Shown here one piece after another: positions 16,911 to 25,283 of a DNA stretch of 55,553 nt. Position 1 is the stretch's first letter; each line of letters starts with the position of its first letter. The notes beneath the pieces were generated by a model, which saw nothing but the letters and a program-made list of their open reading frames with translations, did no database searches and was not told the DNA's origin. The position numbers were made by a program, and so were the translations under genes. This DNA comes from a virus, in IMG/VR virus record IMGVR_UViG_3300045988_070589; one strand, written 5' to 3'.

Positions 16911-17223
16911 TTCACTGTAGCATATATAGTGACTATCACAGTGATGTCACAGTGACATTTCACAAGTGACAAAAAGCATCAGATCCGGATCCTCGGCAAG
17001 AGCATTTTCCTGATACCGGTAAAAAGGTATTCTCAACAAGTGTTATGTGTTTCTTCCTTATATAATGCAAACAGTCCGTGATTATCACAGTGATTGCTAC
17101 AGTGATTATCACAGTGATTGCTACAGTGATTTTTTATCACATATATATTATTTATTATATATAAATATTATATTTTCTCTTTTCTTTGCTTCTTTCTTTT
17201 CTCTTTCGTGACGCTACAGTGAG
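16911..17223. repeat. Array of ACAGTGA-type palindromes/iterons (candidate operator or origin iterons)
   Basis: TTCACTGTAG 16911-20. ATCACAGTGAT 16935-45. GTCACAGTGAC 16946-56. 24-bp unit GTGATTATCACAGTGATTGCTACA x2.3 at 17078-17130. CTACAGTGAG 17214-23. Confidence 0.75.
17141..17207. other. 36-nt pure A/T block followed by a ~35-nt polypyrimidine (CT) tract
   Basis: 17141-17176 contains only A and T. 17173-17207 reads TTTTCTCTTTTCTTTGCTTCTTTCTTTTCTCTTTC. Has the look of a DNA-unwinding element. Confidence 0.6.
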
Positions 17224-17272
17224 CATCACAAACCACCCGGAAAAATATTTTTAATTATTTGCAGAACACGCC

Positions 17273-17302
17273 TTGACATAACGCACTATAATGAGTTATA
17301 CT
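17273..17302 (+). promoter_or_regulatory. SigA-type early promoter, copy 1
   Basis: TTGACA (17273-78), 18 nt, TATACT (17297-302). Part of a ~53-bp module duplicated at 20436-20488. Confidence 0.65.
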
Positions 17303-17349
17303 TCAAGCATCAAGAAAAACAAACACACGAACGGAAAAGAGGAAACGAA

Positions 17350-17559
17350 ATGAAAAAATATAAAATCTATTTCAGAATAAACGAGTACCTGATGATTAAC
17401 GACTACGAGGAAATTAAAGGCGATCTTGATTCAAGAGTAATCGCTGGCAAGGATGAAGATGATGCTATTTCAAGACTGAGAAAATCGCTTGAAAGATACA
17501 TGAAGGGTACAGAAACAAGATCATATGATCTGGAGATCGGATCAGTCGAAGAAAGATAG
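17350..17559 (+). CDS. Hypothetical protein
   Basis: 69 aa. First ORF after the promoter. AGAGGA RBS. Confidence 0.55.
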   Translation: MKKYKIYFRINEYLMINDYEEIKGDLDSRVIAGKDEDDAISRLRKSLERYMKGTETRSYDLEIGSVEER

Positions 17560-17569
17560 GAGGAACACC

Positions 17570-18085
17570 ATGAGATATAAAAACGAGGACGCTAACAGAT
17601 ACAGAGTAAATTTTATGATTGCTACAGAAAAGCTCATGGATAAGCTCACGGTCAGAGAGTTTATTTCATACCTGGAAGAAAAGGCGGAATTTGAAGATAC
17701 CACACACGAATATATTGACGGAAAAGTGGTTGAATGTAAAGCATATGGCTTGAAAGAAGAAAACAGCAATCTCCACAAAGAATTTCTTGTAACAAGTGAT
17801 GGCAGAGTGTTTTACTGGAGAACTCTGATGGATAAAATCGAGCTGATAGACGAAGAGGAAAGCAAACAAGCACCGGAGAAGAGAGCAAGAAACCTGGTTA
17901 GATCCCTGACAACAGCACAGCTCCTGGATCAGTGGGAGGCAACAACTACGATGACTGATCTGAACACGCCTACACTGAGAGGATGGTTCATGGACGAGCT
18001 GGAGAAAAGATTTCCGGATCAGTTCGACAAATGGTTAGACAGTGATTGCAGAGACGAAGATCTCAGAAAATTCATTTACGCATAA
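17570..18085 (+). CDS. Hypothetical protein
   Basis: ATG 17570 after AGGAGGA (the ORF track starts at 17525). 171 aa. Confidence 0.55.
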   Translation: MRYKNEDANRYRVNFMIATEKLMDKLTVREFISYLEEKAEFEDTTHEYIDGKVVECKAYGLKEENSNLHKEFLVTSDGRVFYWRTLMDKIELIDEEESKQAPEKRARNLVRSLTTAQLLDQWEATTTMTDLNTPTLRGWFMDELEKRFPDQFDKWLDSDCRDEDLRKFIYA

Positions 18086-18103
18086 TCGGGAGGTAGAGAC
18101 ATT

Positions 18104-18616
18104 ATGGCAGCAACAATTATTCAGTTTCCACAGACACACAGCAACATCTTTTTGAACCTGACACAGCTTATCAATCTGGCATCTGACAACCAGGTAGTAG
18201 AGGAGTATGCAGAGATCATGGCAGTTTGCCATGAGGAGGGCAATTTCAAACCTGGAGAGATTGAAACGCTCCAGGAGCAGATCAGGACAAGACGCCTGGA
18301 AAATGCAAGACCGGAAGAAAAGCCAGCAGTGATTCCGGAGAAACCGGGGCTGTACTGCTACACTCCAGAAATGGGAGAACAGAAGCCAAAGTGTCAGATC
18401 GAAGCAGAGCGGAGCTATTACGGCAGACATTACCACATCAACACTCCACTGGAGCTGAAAGGCAGAGGAATCAAAAAAGATGGTGTGAAAGAGGCAAAGA
18501 ACCTCAGACCAAATTATCAGTACATGGACGGATGGTTTGAATACACCGTAACCGAAAGAGCTTTTGAAAAGCTCCAGGAACAGTACACGATCAGCCAGGA
18601 GTTGCTTCTGGATTGA
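18104..18616 (+). CDS. Hypothetical protein
   Basis: 170 aa, GGGAGG RBS. Confidence 0.55.
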   Translation: MAATIIQFPQTHSNIFLNLTQLINLASDNQVVEEYAEIMAVCHEEGNFKPGEIETLQEQIRTRRLENARPEEKPAVIPEKPGLYCYTPEMGEQKPKCQIEAERSYYGRHYHINTPLELKGRGIKKDGVKEAKNLRPNYQYMDGWFEYTVTERAFEKLQEQYTISQELLLD

Positions 18617-18831
18617 TTACATAGTGCCGACCGGAGGCGGCAGACCTCCGGAGATGGAGAGAGCATGAAAAACATGAAACCGATGTTGCTGACAAATAAC
18701 CAGCGGAAAATGCACGGTTTACCGTTATGGAGAAAGAAAAATCGCAAAAAGAGACTTTATACACGCTGCGAGGCAGACGAGACAATCACGGCATTTATTG
18801 ATTATTGCAATCAGGAGTAGGAGGTGCGGAG

Positions 18832-19095
18832 ATGGCAAAATTTAAGCATACTGAGCGGACTGTAAAGATTTACAATTCGATCATCAAAGAGTACCGGGAA
18901 ATAAACTCGGATAGTGACCTAGAAGCAATCGGGATTGATTATGAGGATTACCGGAGTTCAGAATTGGGATTACTGCTAGACAGCCTGAGATTCAATGGCG
19001 AAGGGATGACGAGTAGTAAGAAGGTTGCGGAATGGATGAAGAGACATAGCTGTAATGTCTACTTGATCGGAGATGACTGGAAAGTACAGCTGTAA
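18832..19095 (+). CDS. Hypothetical protein
   Basis: ATG 18832 after GTAGGAGGTG. 87 aa. Confidence 0.5.
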   Translation: MAKFKHTERTVKIYNSIIKEYREINSDSDLEAIGIDYEDYRSSELGLLLDSLRFNGEGMTSSKKVAEWMKRHSCNVYLIGDDWKVQL

Positions 19096-19107
19096 AGGAG
19101 AAATAAA

Positions 19108-19398
19108 ATGTGGAGCATACCGAATGAGGATGAATACTGGGAGCGGAGACGTGAAGAGTATGAGAGAGTTCCGAAGGACTGGAAACCGGAACCAGAGCGG
19201 CAGATTCTGAGCCTGGATGACGAGCTAGATGACCTGGAAAAAGAATATGGTTGCAAGCTGGAAGATCTGAACGAGCCGGACATCGAGGAAATAGTGTTCC
19301 GGATCCGTGGCGAATATCCGATTTCGGCAGAATATGATCCAGCATTTATAGCAATATTTTACAAAGTGGATCCGGATTGGAGGTACAACATATGGTAG
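19108..19398 (+). CDS. Hypothetical acidic protein
   Basis: 96 aa, AAAGGAGA RBS. Confidence 0.5.
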   Translation: MWSIPNEDEYWERRREEYERVPKDWKPEPERQILSLDDELDDLEKEYGCKLEDLNEPDIEEIVFRIRGEYPISAEYDPAFIAIFYKVDPDWRYNIW

Positions 19399-19661
19399 AG
19401 AAAAAGGTAATAAAAAGACGTCACAAAGATATTTTGAATTTCTGTAAGCGATACATGAGTGAGAAGGGATTTCCACCGAGCGTCCGTGAGATCGGGGACG
19501 GGATCGGATTGAAGTCTACCAGCTCAACGTGTCATTACATGCAGGAAATGCGAGAAATGGGGCTGATTATTTCTGGCCCGGAGTTTTCTCCGAGAGCATT
19601 TACACTTCCGGGTGCGAAGTATGTATTCGAGGACGACCAGGAGGGAGGCTATGAGGCATGA
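19392..19661 (+). CDS. LexA-N-terminal-like winged-helix DNA-binding protein lacking a peptidase domain
   Basis: …ILNFCKRYMSEKGFPPSVREIGDGIGLKSTSSTCHYMQEMREMGLI… matches the LexA DNA-binding domain pattern. Only ~89 aa. ATG 19392 lies 8 nt after GGAGG. Confidence 0.6.
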   Translation: MVEKKVIKRRHKDILNFCKRYMSEKGFPPSVREIGDGIGLKSTSSTCHYMQEMREMGLIISGPEFSPRAFTLPGAKYVFEDDQEGGYEA

Positions 19662-20002
19662 TTAAAAAAGTGGAAAACATAATCTTGAAGAAAAGATTGC
19701 GAAAGCGATCGGAAAAGCTAAAAAGGCAGAATGAACGCATCAGGAGGCGAGAGACAGAGAACCGGAACCTAAAAAATAACATGAGAAGGACAGCCCAGGA
19801 GTTGGAGGACATCAAAGGTTCTCTGACAACTGGGTTTTGCCCGTACTGTGAGACACACAACATGTTTTCCTGGGATCCGGAGTGGGGTTTGGTTTCCTAT
19901 TGCCCACGTTGCGGAGCTAGAGTGATGTTATGCCACATGTGCGACAAGTCTGGATCCGGGTGCGATTATGACGCACGATTGGATATTTGCTCCGAAATGT
20001 AA
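19658..20002 (+). CDS. Basic coiled-coil plus Cys-rich zinc-ribbon protein
   Basis: 114 aa. CPYC…CPRC…CHMC…GC motifs. Confidence 0.5.
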   Translation: MIKKVENIILKKRLRKRSEKLKRQNERIRRRETENRNLKNNMRRTAQELEDIKGSLTTGFCPYCETHNMFSWDPEWGLVSYCPRCGARVMLCHMCDKSGSGCDYDARLDICSEM

Positions 20003-20010
20003 TATACGCC

Positions 20011-20040
20011 TTGACAAGCCGAACCTTCCTGGAGTATGCT
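20011..20040 (+). promoter_or_regulatory. SigA-type promoter upstream of the HTH gene
   Basis: ACGCCTTGACA (-35 at 20011-16), 18 nt, TATGCT (20035-40). Confidence 0.5.
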
Positions 20041-20061
20041 ATAGCAAACGGAGGGAAAGCC

Positions 20062-20376
20062 ATGGAAGTGATTGAATATATTAAGCAGACAATGAAAGAA
20101 GAGGGCGTTACTCAAATGGAGTTAGGACGAAGAACAGGACTAACGAGACAATCGGTGTTTGATGTCCTGACTAGGGCAAATCCAAACTTTAACACCGTGA
20201 GAAGAATATTCAACGCACTAGATCGTGATATAGACATCAGGAAAAAAGATGGAAGTGAGTTGGATATTGATAAAAACTCACTATACGCTGTTTTTGAACG
20301 GGAAGCACCTGGATTCGGAAAACTGAAAGCGATCCTGGAGGCTATGGGATATGAATTTCAATATGTGAGAAAATAA
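20062..20376 (+). CDS. XRE-family HTH protein
   Basis: …VTQMELGRRTGLTRQSVFDVL… ATG 20062 after GGAGGG (the ORF track starts at 19987). Bracketed by its own promoter and terminator. Confidence 0.6.
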   Translation: MEVIEYIKQTMKEEGVTQMELGRRTGLTRQSVFDVLTRANPNFNTVRRIFNALDRDIDIRKKDGSELDIDKNSLYAVFEREAPGFGKLKAILEAMGYEFQYVRK

Positions 20377-20394
20377 AGAAAAACGCACTGTTTT

Positions 20395-20425
20395 AGAGGC
20401 ATAAACGCATGCCTCTAATTTTTTT
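20395..20425 (+). terminator. Intrinsic terminator
   Basis: Stem AGAGGCAT (20395-402), loop AAACGC, stem ATGCCTCT (20409-16), then AATTTTTTT. Confidence 0.75.
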
Positions 20426-20447
20426 ACAAAAAAATGCAGAACACGCC

Positions 20448-20477
20448 TTGACATAACGCACTATAGTGAGTTATACT
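20448..20477 (+). promoter_or_regulatory. SigA-type early promoter, copy 2
   Basis: TTGACA (20448-53), 18 nt, TATACT (20472-77). 20436-20488 matches 17261-17313 with one mismatch. Confidence 0.65.
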
Positions 20478-20533
20478 TCAAGCATCAACAGAAAACAAAT
20501 GAACGACACGAACGGAAATGGAGATAGAAAGAT

Positions 20534-20836
20534 ATGAAAAAGAGCTTATCAAGAATGAACACAAATGAACTTAGAGACCTGGCTGTAGAACTGGGAGCTG
20601 ACAGAAAGAAGTTATACGGAACCTCAAAACAGAGCCTGATCCTGACGATCGACAGACTGAGAAAAGAGGCAGCCAGCAAAGAAAATTACATCATCGTTGA
20701 CGAGAACGACAACGTAATGTTCGGAGGACAGCACTACACAGAAGTTGGAGCTGATAGAGTCTGGAACATGTACAACGGCATCTACGAGGATGAAAACGGC
20801 GAGAGATACATCTATATCAAAAAGGTTGAGGAATAG
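20534..20836 (+). CDS. Hypothetical protein with a Rho-N/SAP-like N-terminal motif
   Basis: 100 aa. …MNTNELRDLAVELGADRKKLYG…. Confidence 0.5.
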   Translation: MKKSLSRMNTNELRDLAVELGADRKKLYGTSKQSLILTIDRLRKEAASKENYIIVDENDNVMFGGQHYTEVGADRVWNMYNGIYEDENGERYIYIKKVEE

Positions 20837-20848
20837 GAGGAAGCGGAT

Positions 20849-21103
20849 ATGATTAAGAGATCCAGAGCAAACAGAACAGAAAGAGCAACCTTCCGGAATA
20901 TCCGGAACGAGCACAAATTTATAGATGTGGTTCATCACGGAGACGGTCATTACTACATGATCCAGTACATAAAGCATGAGCTTCCAGAAAGAACAGTTGT
21001 CAATTATATGGGAACCAGATGTGGGCATAAACAGAAGTTTCGGATCGGGAAAGCAACGCTTATGGGAATCCTGGAAGATTACGAAAGAGTTGAGGAGGTG
21101 TAA
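20849..21103 (+). CDS. Hypothetical protein
   Basis: 84 aa, AGGAGGA RBS. Confidence 0.5.
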   Translation: MIKRSRANRTERATFRNIRNEHKFIDVVHHGDGHYYMIQYIKHELPERTVVNYMGTRCGHKQKFRIGKATLMGILEDYERVEEV

Positions 21104-21108
21104 AGGCA

Positions 21109-21375
21109 ATGAAGAAACCAGAAACACTTAACACGGTGACAGTCGGAGAGACAAGACAGAAATACAGAGACAACGTAAAAGCCCTAGACAACATTCTTCT
21201 CCTGGTATCGACCGGAATCTTGGAAGAAGCAAAGGAAGTTGCTGGAGAATGGGTTATCAACCAAACGATGGCAGAGCTTGTGATCCAGCAGGAATACATA
21301 AGAGAACGAGAGAAAGCCAATTGGGGATGGAGCAGAAAGGTAGTGGATTTTAGCGGCGGAAGTTGCATTTTATAG
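21109..21375 (+). CDS. Hypothetical protein
   Basis: 88 aa, GAGGAGGTG RBS. Confidence 0.5.
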   Translation: MKKPETLNTVTVGETRQKYRDNVKALDNILLLVSTGILEEAKEVAGEWVINQTMAELVIQQEYIREREKANWGWSRKVVDFSGGSCIL

Positions 21376-21390
21376 AGGAGGACAAAAGCT

Positions 21391-21810
21391 ATGATGAAGC
21401 ATGAATTTGAGGAAAAAGTTGGAGGCGAGATCTCCGATCAGAATTACGAGATCATTGAAACAGTATACACCTGGCACCCGGCAATTAACGAAGTCGGTGG
21501 AAAAGATCAGATCGCTACTTTATACGAAACCGGAGGCATGCCACTGATTAAGAGCATGCTGGAGGCTGCAAACATTATGATGGATCTGGACAAAGAAAGA
21601 CGGCAAGCAATGAGACGCATGGAGGAGATCCGGAGGAGAATTGAGACGGTAGCCAGTGGAGATCTGACAGAAGAACAGTGTCGGAGAGATGCAGTAGGGA
21701 TGTTTGACAAGTCCAACACTCCGGAAGAATGGGGATACGCAAGAATGTTCCTGGCAACAAAATACGGCGAAGAGCTTGCATCAGAGATTATTGAGGAGGT
21801 AGAGAAATAA
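21391..21810 (+). CDS. Hypothetical protein
   Basis: 139 aa, AGAGGAGGA RBS. Confidence 0.5.
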   Translation: MMKHEFEEKVGGEISDQNYEIIETVYTWHPAINEVGGKDQIATLYETGGMPLIKSMLEAANIMMDLDKERRQAMRRMEEIRRRIETVASGDLTEEQCRRDAVGMFDKSNTPEEWGYARMFLATKYGEELASEIIEEVEK

Positions 21811-21980
21811 TGGCAGACAGAAGCAATCAGAGACTGAATGAGGCAATCGAAAATATGATCCGGATGTGGGATGGCACGATCCACGGGCAAACGATCCGGA
21901 ACATGTACGAAAATGGTTCCGACTATGAAAGCATCTGCGAGATCGCCGGGATCGAGTATGAAGATTATGAGGAGGAGTGA
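21810..21980 (+). CDS. Small hypothetical protein (56 aa; below the ORF-track cutoff)
   Basis: ATG 21810 overlaps the preceding TAA (TAATG). GAGGAGG upstream. Reads MADRSNQRLNEAIENMIRMWDGTIHGQ…EDYEEE. Confidence 0.45.
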   Translation: MADRSNQRLNEAIENMIRMWDGTIHGQTIRNMYENGSDYESICEIAGIEYEDYEEE

Positions 21981-22510
21981 GAGTGGAAGATCTAAAGAAA
22001 TGGATCGGCAGGAAGTTCCTGGACTTCTGTAAGTCCGATCCGGATGACGAGCGAGAGATCCATTACGAAATGATGACCGGAGACTTGAGTGAAAAACTGG
22101 AATTTACTTCCAGGGAGATCGTAAGCATGAAAACAATGGAACAGATCCGGAAGTCCATTATCAGAGATATCAAATTAACAGATAATTGGTGGCATGTGTC
22201 ACTGGAATATAAGGAGGAAGCAGAAATGCAGGAAATTACAATGTCAAAAATGGAACGCCTGGAGGCAGAAAAAGAGGATTTTAAACAGATGTACGCTGAG
22301 TGCTTTCCGCATCTTGCGATCGTAGCGGATATCTTGAAAAAGTTCGGGGATGAAAGAGAGATCCAGACAGACGGAGCGCATATCTACATCACACCGAATG
22401 GCTACATCTCCATGAGTAATGTATCTGAGGGGTGGAGCCTTTCCAGATTGAACCATGAATCAAAACCGGAAATAAGATGCGAAGTAATAGAAGAGATTGA
22501 GGAGGAGTAA
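21977..22510 (+). CDS. Hypothetical protein
   Basis: 177 aa. GTG 21977 or GTG 21983 after GAGGAGGA. Confidence 0.5.
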   Translation: MRVEDLKKWIGRKFLDFCKSDPDDEREIHYEMMTGDLSEKLEFTSREIVSMKTMEQIRKSIIRDIKLTDNWWHVSLEYKEEAEMQEITMSKMERLEAEKEDFKQMYAECFPHLAIVADILKKFGDEREIQTDGAHIYITPNGYISMSNVSEGWSLSRLNHESKPEIRCEVIEEIEEE

Positions 22511-22513
22511 GTC

Positions 22514-23437
22514 ATGAGCGAAAGAGAATTTGTAGTAATCAATGAAGAGGCTGCCAGAACAGCCCAGAATATGATGTCTTTTAATGAGTATCAGCTGGGA
22601 TCCAGAACCAAAGAATACCAGGAGGACGTAAACGAAGTATATGATCTGGCGGAAGAAGTAGTTGCCAGAAGAGGAGAAGAATACCGGGAAAGAGCCTGGA
22701 GACTGGCAACCAGATATGCAAAGAACCTGGGAAAATATTTCAATGAGGAGGCAAGAATCGGCTGCATGTGTCCGTCTGCGATGATCTCTGGAGCCGGAAA
22801 CTTCCCGGTAAAGAAGAAAGAGAAACAGGTCAAAGCCTGGGATAAAAACCATGAGTTCTACAATTACTGCCAGTCGATCCGAGGAAAGCTGAATAACCTT
22901 CTGTACTCAAAAGAGGTTATCAAGAGTGATGACGAAAACGCTATTGAAGCCCTGGAGGAGAAAATTGACAGTTTGAGGGAAGTTCAGGAAAACATGAAGG
23001 AGATCAACAAGTATTACCGCAAGCATCATACGCTGGAGGGATGCGATCTCCTGACAGAAAAACAGCTCCAGAAGCTCCAAGGATCCATGGATCAGTTCGG
23101 GTATGACAGATCTCCATATCCAAGCTGGGCTTTGCAAAACAATCTGGCAAATATCAAGAGATGCCAGCAGAGAGTTGATGAACTGAAAAAGACAAAAGAG
23201 AAAGGCACCTCTGAGGCGGATTATGGCGATTTCAAGGTAATTGAGAATACAGAACTGATGCGAATACAGATCGTGTTCGATGGAAAGCCAGATGAGGCAA
23301 TCAGAAGCACTCTGAAAGCAAACGGTTTCCGATGGGCTCCATCTCAGGGAGCATGGCAGAGACAGCTCACATCCAATGGGAAGTATGCCCTGAGAAGAGT
23401 TATCGAAGAACTTGGAGCTGAGGTGCAGGCGTCATGA
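22514..23437 (+). CDS. Hypothetical protein with a C-terminal KP…LK..GFRW module (seen on plasmid/conjugative-element polyvalent proteins)
   Basis: 307 aa. The C-terminus reads …IQIVFDGKPDEAIRSTLKANGFRWAPSQGAWQRQL… The family assignment is tentative. Confidence 0.5.
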   Translation: MSEREFVVINEEAARTAQNMMSFNEYQLGSRTKEYQEDVNEVYDLAEEVVARRGEEYRERAWRLATRYAKNLGKYFNEEARIGCMCPSAMISGAGNFPVKKKEKQVKAWDKNHEFYNYCQSIRGKLNNLLYSKEVIKSDDENAIEALEEKIDSLREVQENMKEINKYYRKHHTLEGCDLLTEKQLQKLQGSMDQFGYDRSPYPSWALQNNLANIKRCQQRVDELKKTKEKGTSEADYGDFKVIENTELMRIQIVFDGKPDEAIRSTLKANGFRWAPSQGAWQRQLTSNGKYALRRVIEELGAEVQAS

Positions 23438-23637
23438 CGGTAAGAGGAGCGGCAAAGGGAAGCTATTCCAGATACAACCAGAAGTACAACATAGGTTTCA
23501 TCAATAGCGATGGAATGGAGGACGAAACACAGTTCGAGAGCGTGAAAACGCTCAAAGAGTTGTCGGATCTCTTTCGGGACTTTTGCAAAGAGAACGGACT
23601 CAAGACAAATACAGTTACATATGTGGAGGCAGTGTGA
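23434..23637 (+). CDS. Hypothetical protein
   Basis: 67 aa. The start overlaps the previous stop (ATGA). Confidence 0.45.
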   Translation: MTVRGAAKGSYSRYNQKYNIGFINSDGMEDETQFESVKTLKELSDLFRDFCKENGLKTNTVTYVEAV

Positions 23638-23639
23638 TT

Positions 23640-23915
23640 ATGGCAAAGAAAATTCAGAATAAGAGATACCTGGTAAACAGAGCAGTTTACAAGGCTGTAA
23701 AAAAGTACGATCATCAGCAGTTTGAGAACTTTTGCACCGATATTTATAAAAGCGGATGGGAGGACGGAAAAGCTTCGGTAAATGCCCTGGACGTGAAGGA
23801 CATTGAAGCGGTAATCAGATCCGTAAAAGGGATCGGAGAGGTTCGGATCGGTAAGATCATGGAGGCAATCAATGAAAAATTCGATGAAAACGCCGGATCA
23901 GAAGAAACGGAGTAA
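23640..23915 (+). CDS. Hypothetical protein
   Basis: ATG 23640 after GGAGG. 91 aa. Confidence 0.5.
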   Translation: MAKKIQNKRYLVNRAVYKAVKKYDHQQFENFCTDIYKSGWEDGKASVNALDVKDIEAVIRSVKGIGEVRIGKIMEAINEKFDENAGSEETE

Positions 23916-24465
23916 ACAGTTAGGAAAAGAGATCCGGGACAGCAAGAAGAGGTATGAAGATCTGAGAGTACACGGTGGATCCGATCCCTTCTGGTCGGAT
24001 GGGGTAAACATGAATTTATGCAGGAGCCACGTCATGTACTTCCGGAAGCAAGTGGAGACAGAGCTGGATCCGGAAAATTATCCGGAGGAGTATTTCCTGG
24101 AAATCCCAGCTGAGGTAAGTGTCCATTATATGGCAGATCCGGACGGGATCCGGAGCAGGTCAACAGCTGCGCTGGAGGTTTTGAAAGAAAATCAGGACTT
24201 CCAGTACCTAAGAAGTAAACTCAGCGGAGACCTTGACAAAGAAACCAGTCAGTGCATGAGCCCAGTACGCTATGTCCTGGGAATGGAAGATGCGATCCGG
24301 AGGGGCGATCTGGTGGTAATGCGAAGATGCCAGGATCCGGAATATTACGTCAAATATTTGAGAGAAAGTCGGAAAAAGCTGGACGAAATCCTAGGATCGT
24401 CAATTTTGGAACCGAAGCTCCGGGAAGGGCAGCTGACAATATGGGATTTTATAGGAGGACAATAG
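23872..24465 (+). CDS. Hypothetical protein directly upstream of the MazF-like gene
   Basis: 197 aa, GGAGG RBS. Its stop lies 1 nt before the MazF-like start. Confidence 0.5.
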   Translation: MKNSMKTPDQKKRSKQLGKEIRDSKKRYEDLRVHGGSDPFWSDGVNMNLCRSHVMYFRKQVETELDPENYPEEYFLEIPAEVSVHYMADPDGIRSRSTAALEVLKENQDFQYLRSKLSGDLDKETSQCMSPVRYVLGMEDAIRRGDLVVMRRCQDPEYYVKYLRESRKKLDEILGSSILEPKLREGQLTIWDFIGGQ

Positions 24466-24466
24466 T

Positions 24467-25048
24467 ATGCACACAGAAAATGAGTATCACAGAGGAGAGA
24501 TCTTTTTTATCAATGAGGGCGAAAGCTCCGGAAGCGAACAGGGGGGGGCGAGACCTGGAATCATAGTAAGTAATGACGTTGGAAACAAACACGCTCCGAT
24601 CGTGGAAGTAGTGTACCTGACATCCAGGGAGAAAAAACTGATGCCGACACACGTTAGGATCAAGAGCAGTCCGATCCCTTCCATAGCGTTATGTGAGCAG
24701 ATCGAGACGGTATATAAAAAGCGGATCGGAAAATATCTTGCAAAAGCCACGATGGATGAAATGAAACAGATTGACAAGGCACTTGCTGTCAGTATCGGAC
24801 TTGGTGGAAATATGAAGATGTCCGACTACGTGAGAGAGTGGGCGGAGGCGTTCAAAGAGCCGGATCCGGATCCGATCGAAGAAAAAGCGATGCAGATCCT
24901 GGAAACAGCGAAACCAGTTCCGATCCAGATACCGGAACGTCTTTTTGACAAAGAGAGGATCAAAGAGCTGGAAAAAGATTTGATCCGAGCGGAAGCGGAG
25001 CGTGATGTATTCCAGAAACTGTATAAAGAGCAGTTAGCAATCAGTTAA
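24467..25048 (+). CDS. MazF/PemK-family toxin-like protein with a ~80-aa C-terminal extension
   Basis: …RGEIFFINEGESSGSEQGGARPGIIVSNDVGNKHAPIVEVVYLTSREKKLMPTHVRI…ALCEQIETVYKKRI…MDEMKQIDKALAVSIGL follows the PemK/MazF fold pattern. A coiled-coil tail follows. Confidence 0.7.
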   Translation: MHTENEYHRGEIFFINEGESSGSEQGGARPGIIVSNDVGNKHAPIVEVVYLTSREKKLMPTHVRIKSSPIPSIALCEQIETVYKKRIGKYLAKATMDEMKQIDKALAVSIGLGGNMKMSDYVREWAEAFKEPDPDPIEEKAMQILETAKPVPIQIPERLFDKERIKELEKDLIRAEAERDVFQKLYKEQLAIS

Positions 25049-25064
25049 ATGTGAGGTAAAGGAT

Positions 25065-25283
25065 ATGAGAAGAATCAAGCGCATGATATTTAAGCATTTT
25101 AACTGTATTCCCTGGTTCATTGTGGGAATACAGATCATGGTAGACGGGGAAATCAGCCGCTGGCAGTATGCGATGTGCTGGATCTGCACCCTGGTAATGA
25201 TCTGGATGTACGCACCAAATAGAGCACAAACGAAGGGAGGTGGGAAAGTTGCTGACATTGACGATCGAAAAAAAGTGGTTTGA
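25065..25283 (+). CDS. Small membrane protein
   Basis: 72 aa, 2 hydrophobic segments, GTGAGGTAAAGGA RBS. Confidence 0.4.
   Translation: MRRIKRMIFKHFNCIPWFIVGIQIMVDGEISRWQYAMCWICTLVMIWMYAPNRAQTKGGGKVADIDDRKKVV

Noticed and set aside
16769-16969. A 66-aa ORF in the post-lysis intergenic region.
   Set aside because: It has no RBS, it overlaps the palindrome/operator array, and it starts with a rare codon context. It is likely non-coding.
17078-17130. CRISPR array
   Set aside because: The 24-bp units are directly tandem with no spacers, there are only ~2.3 copies, and there are no cas genes. They are better interpreted as iterons or operators.
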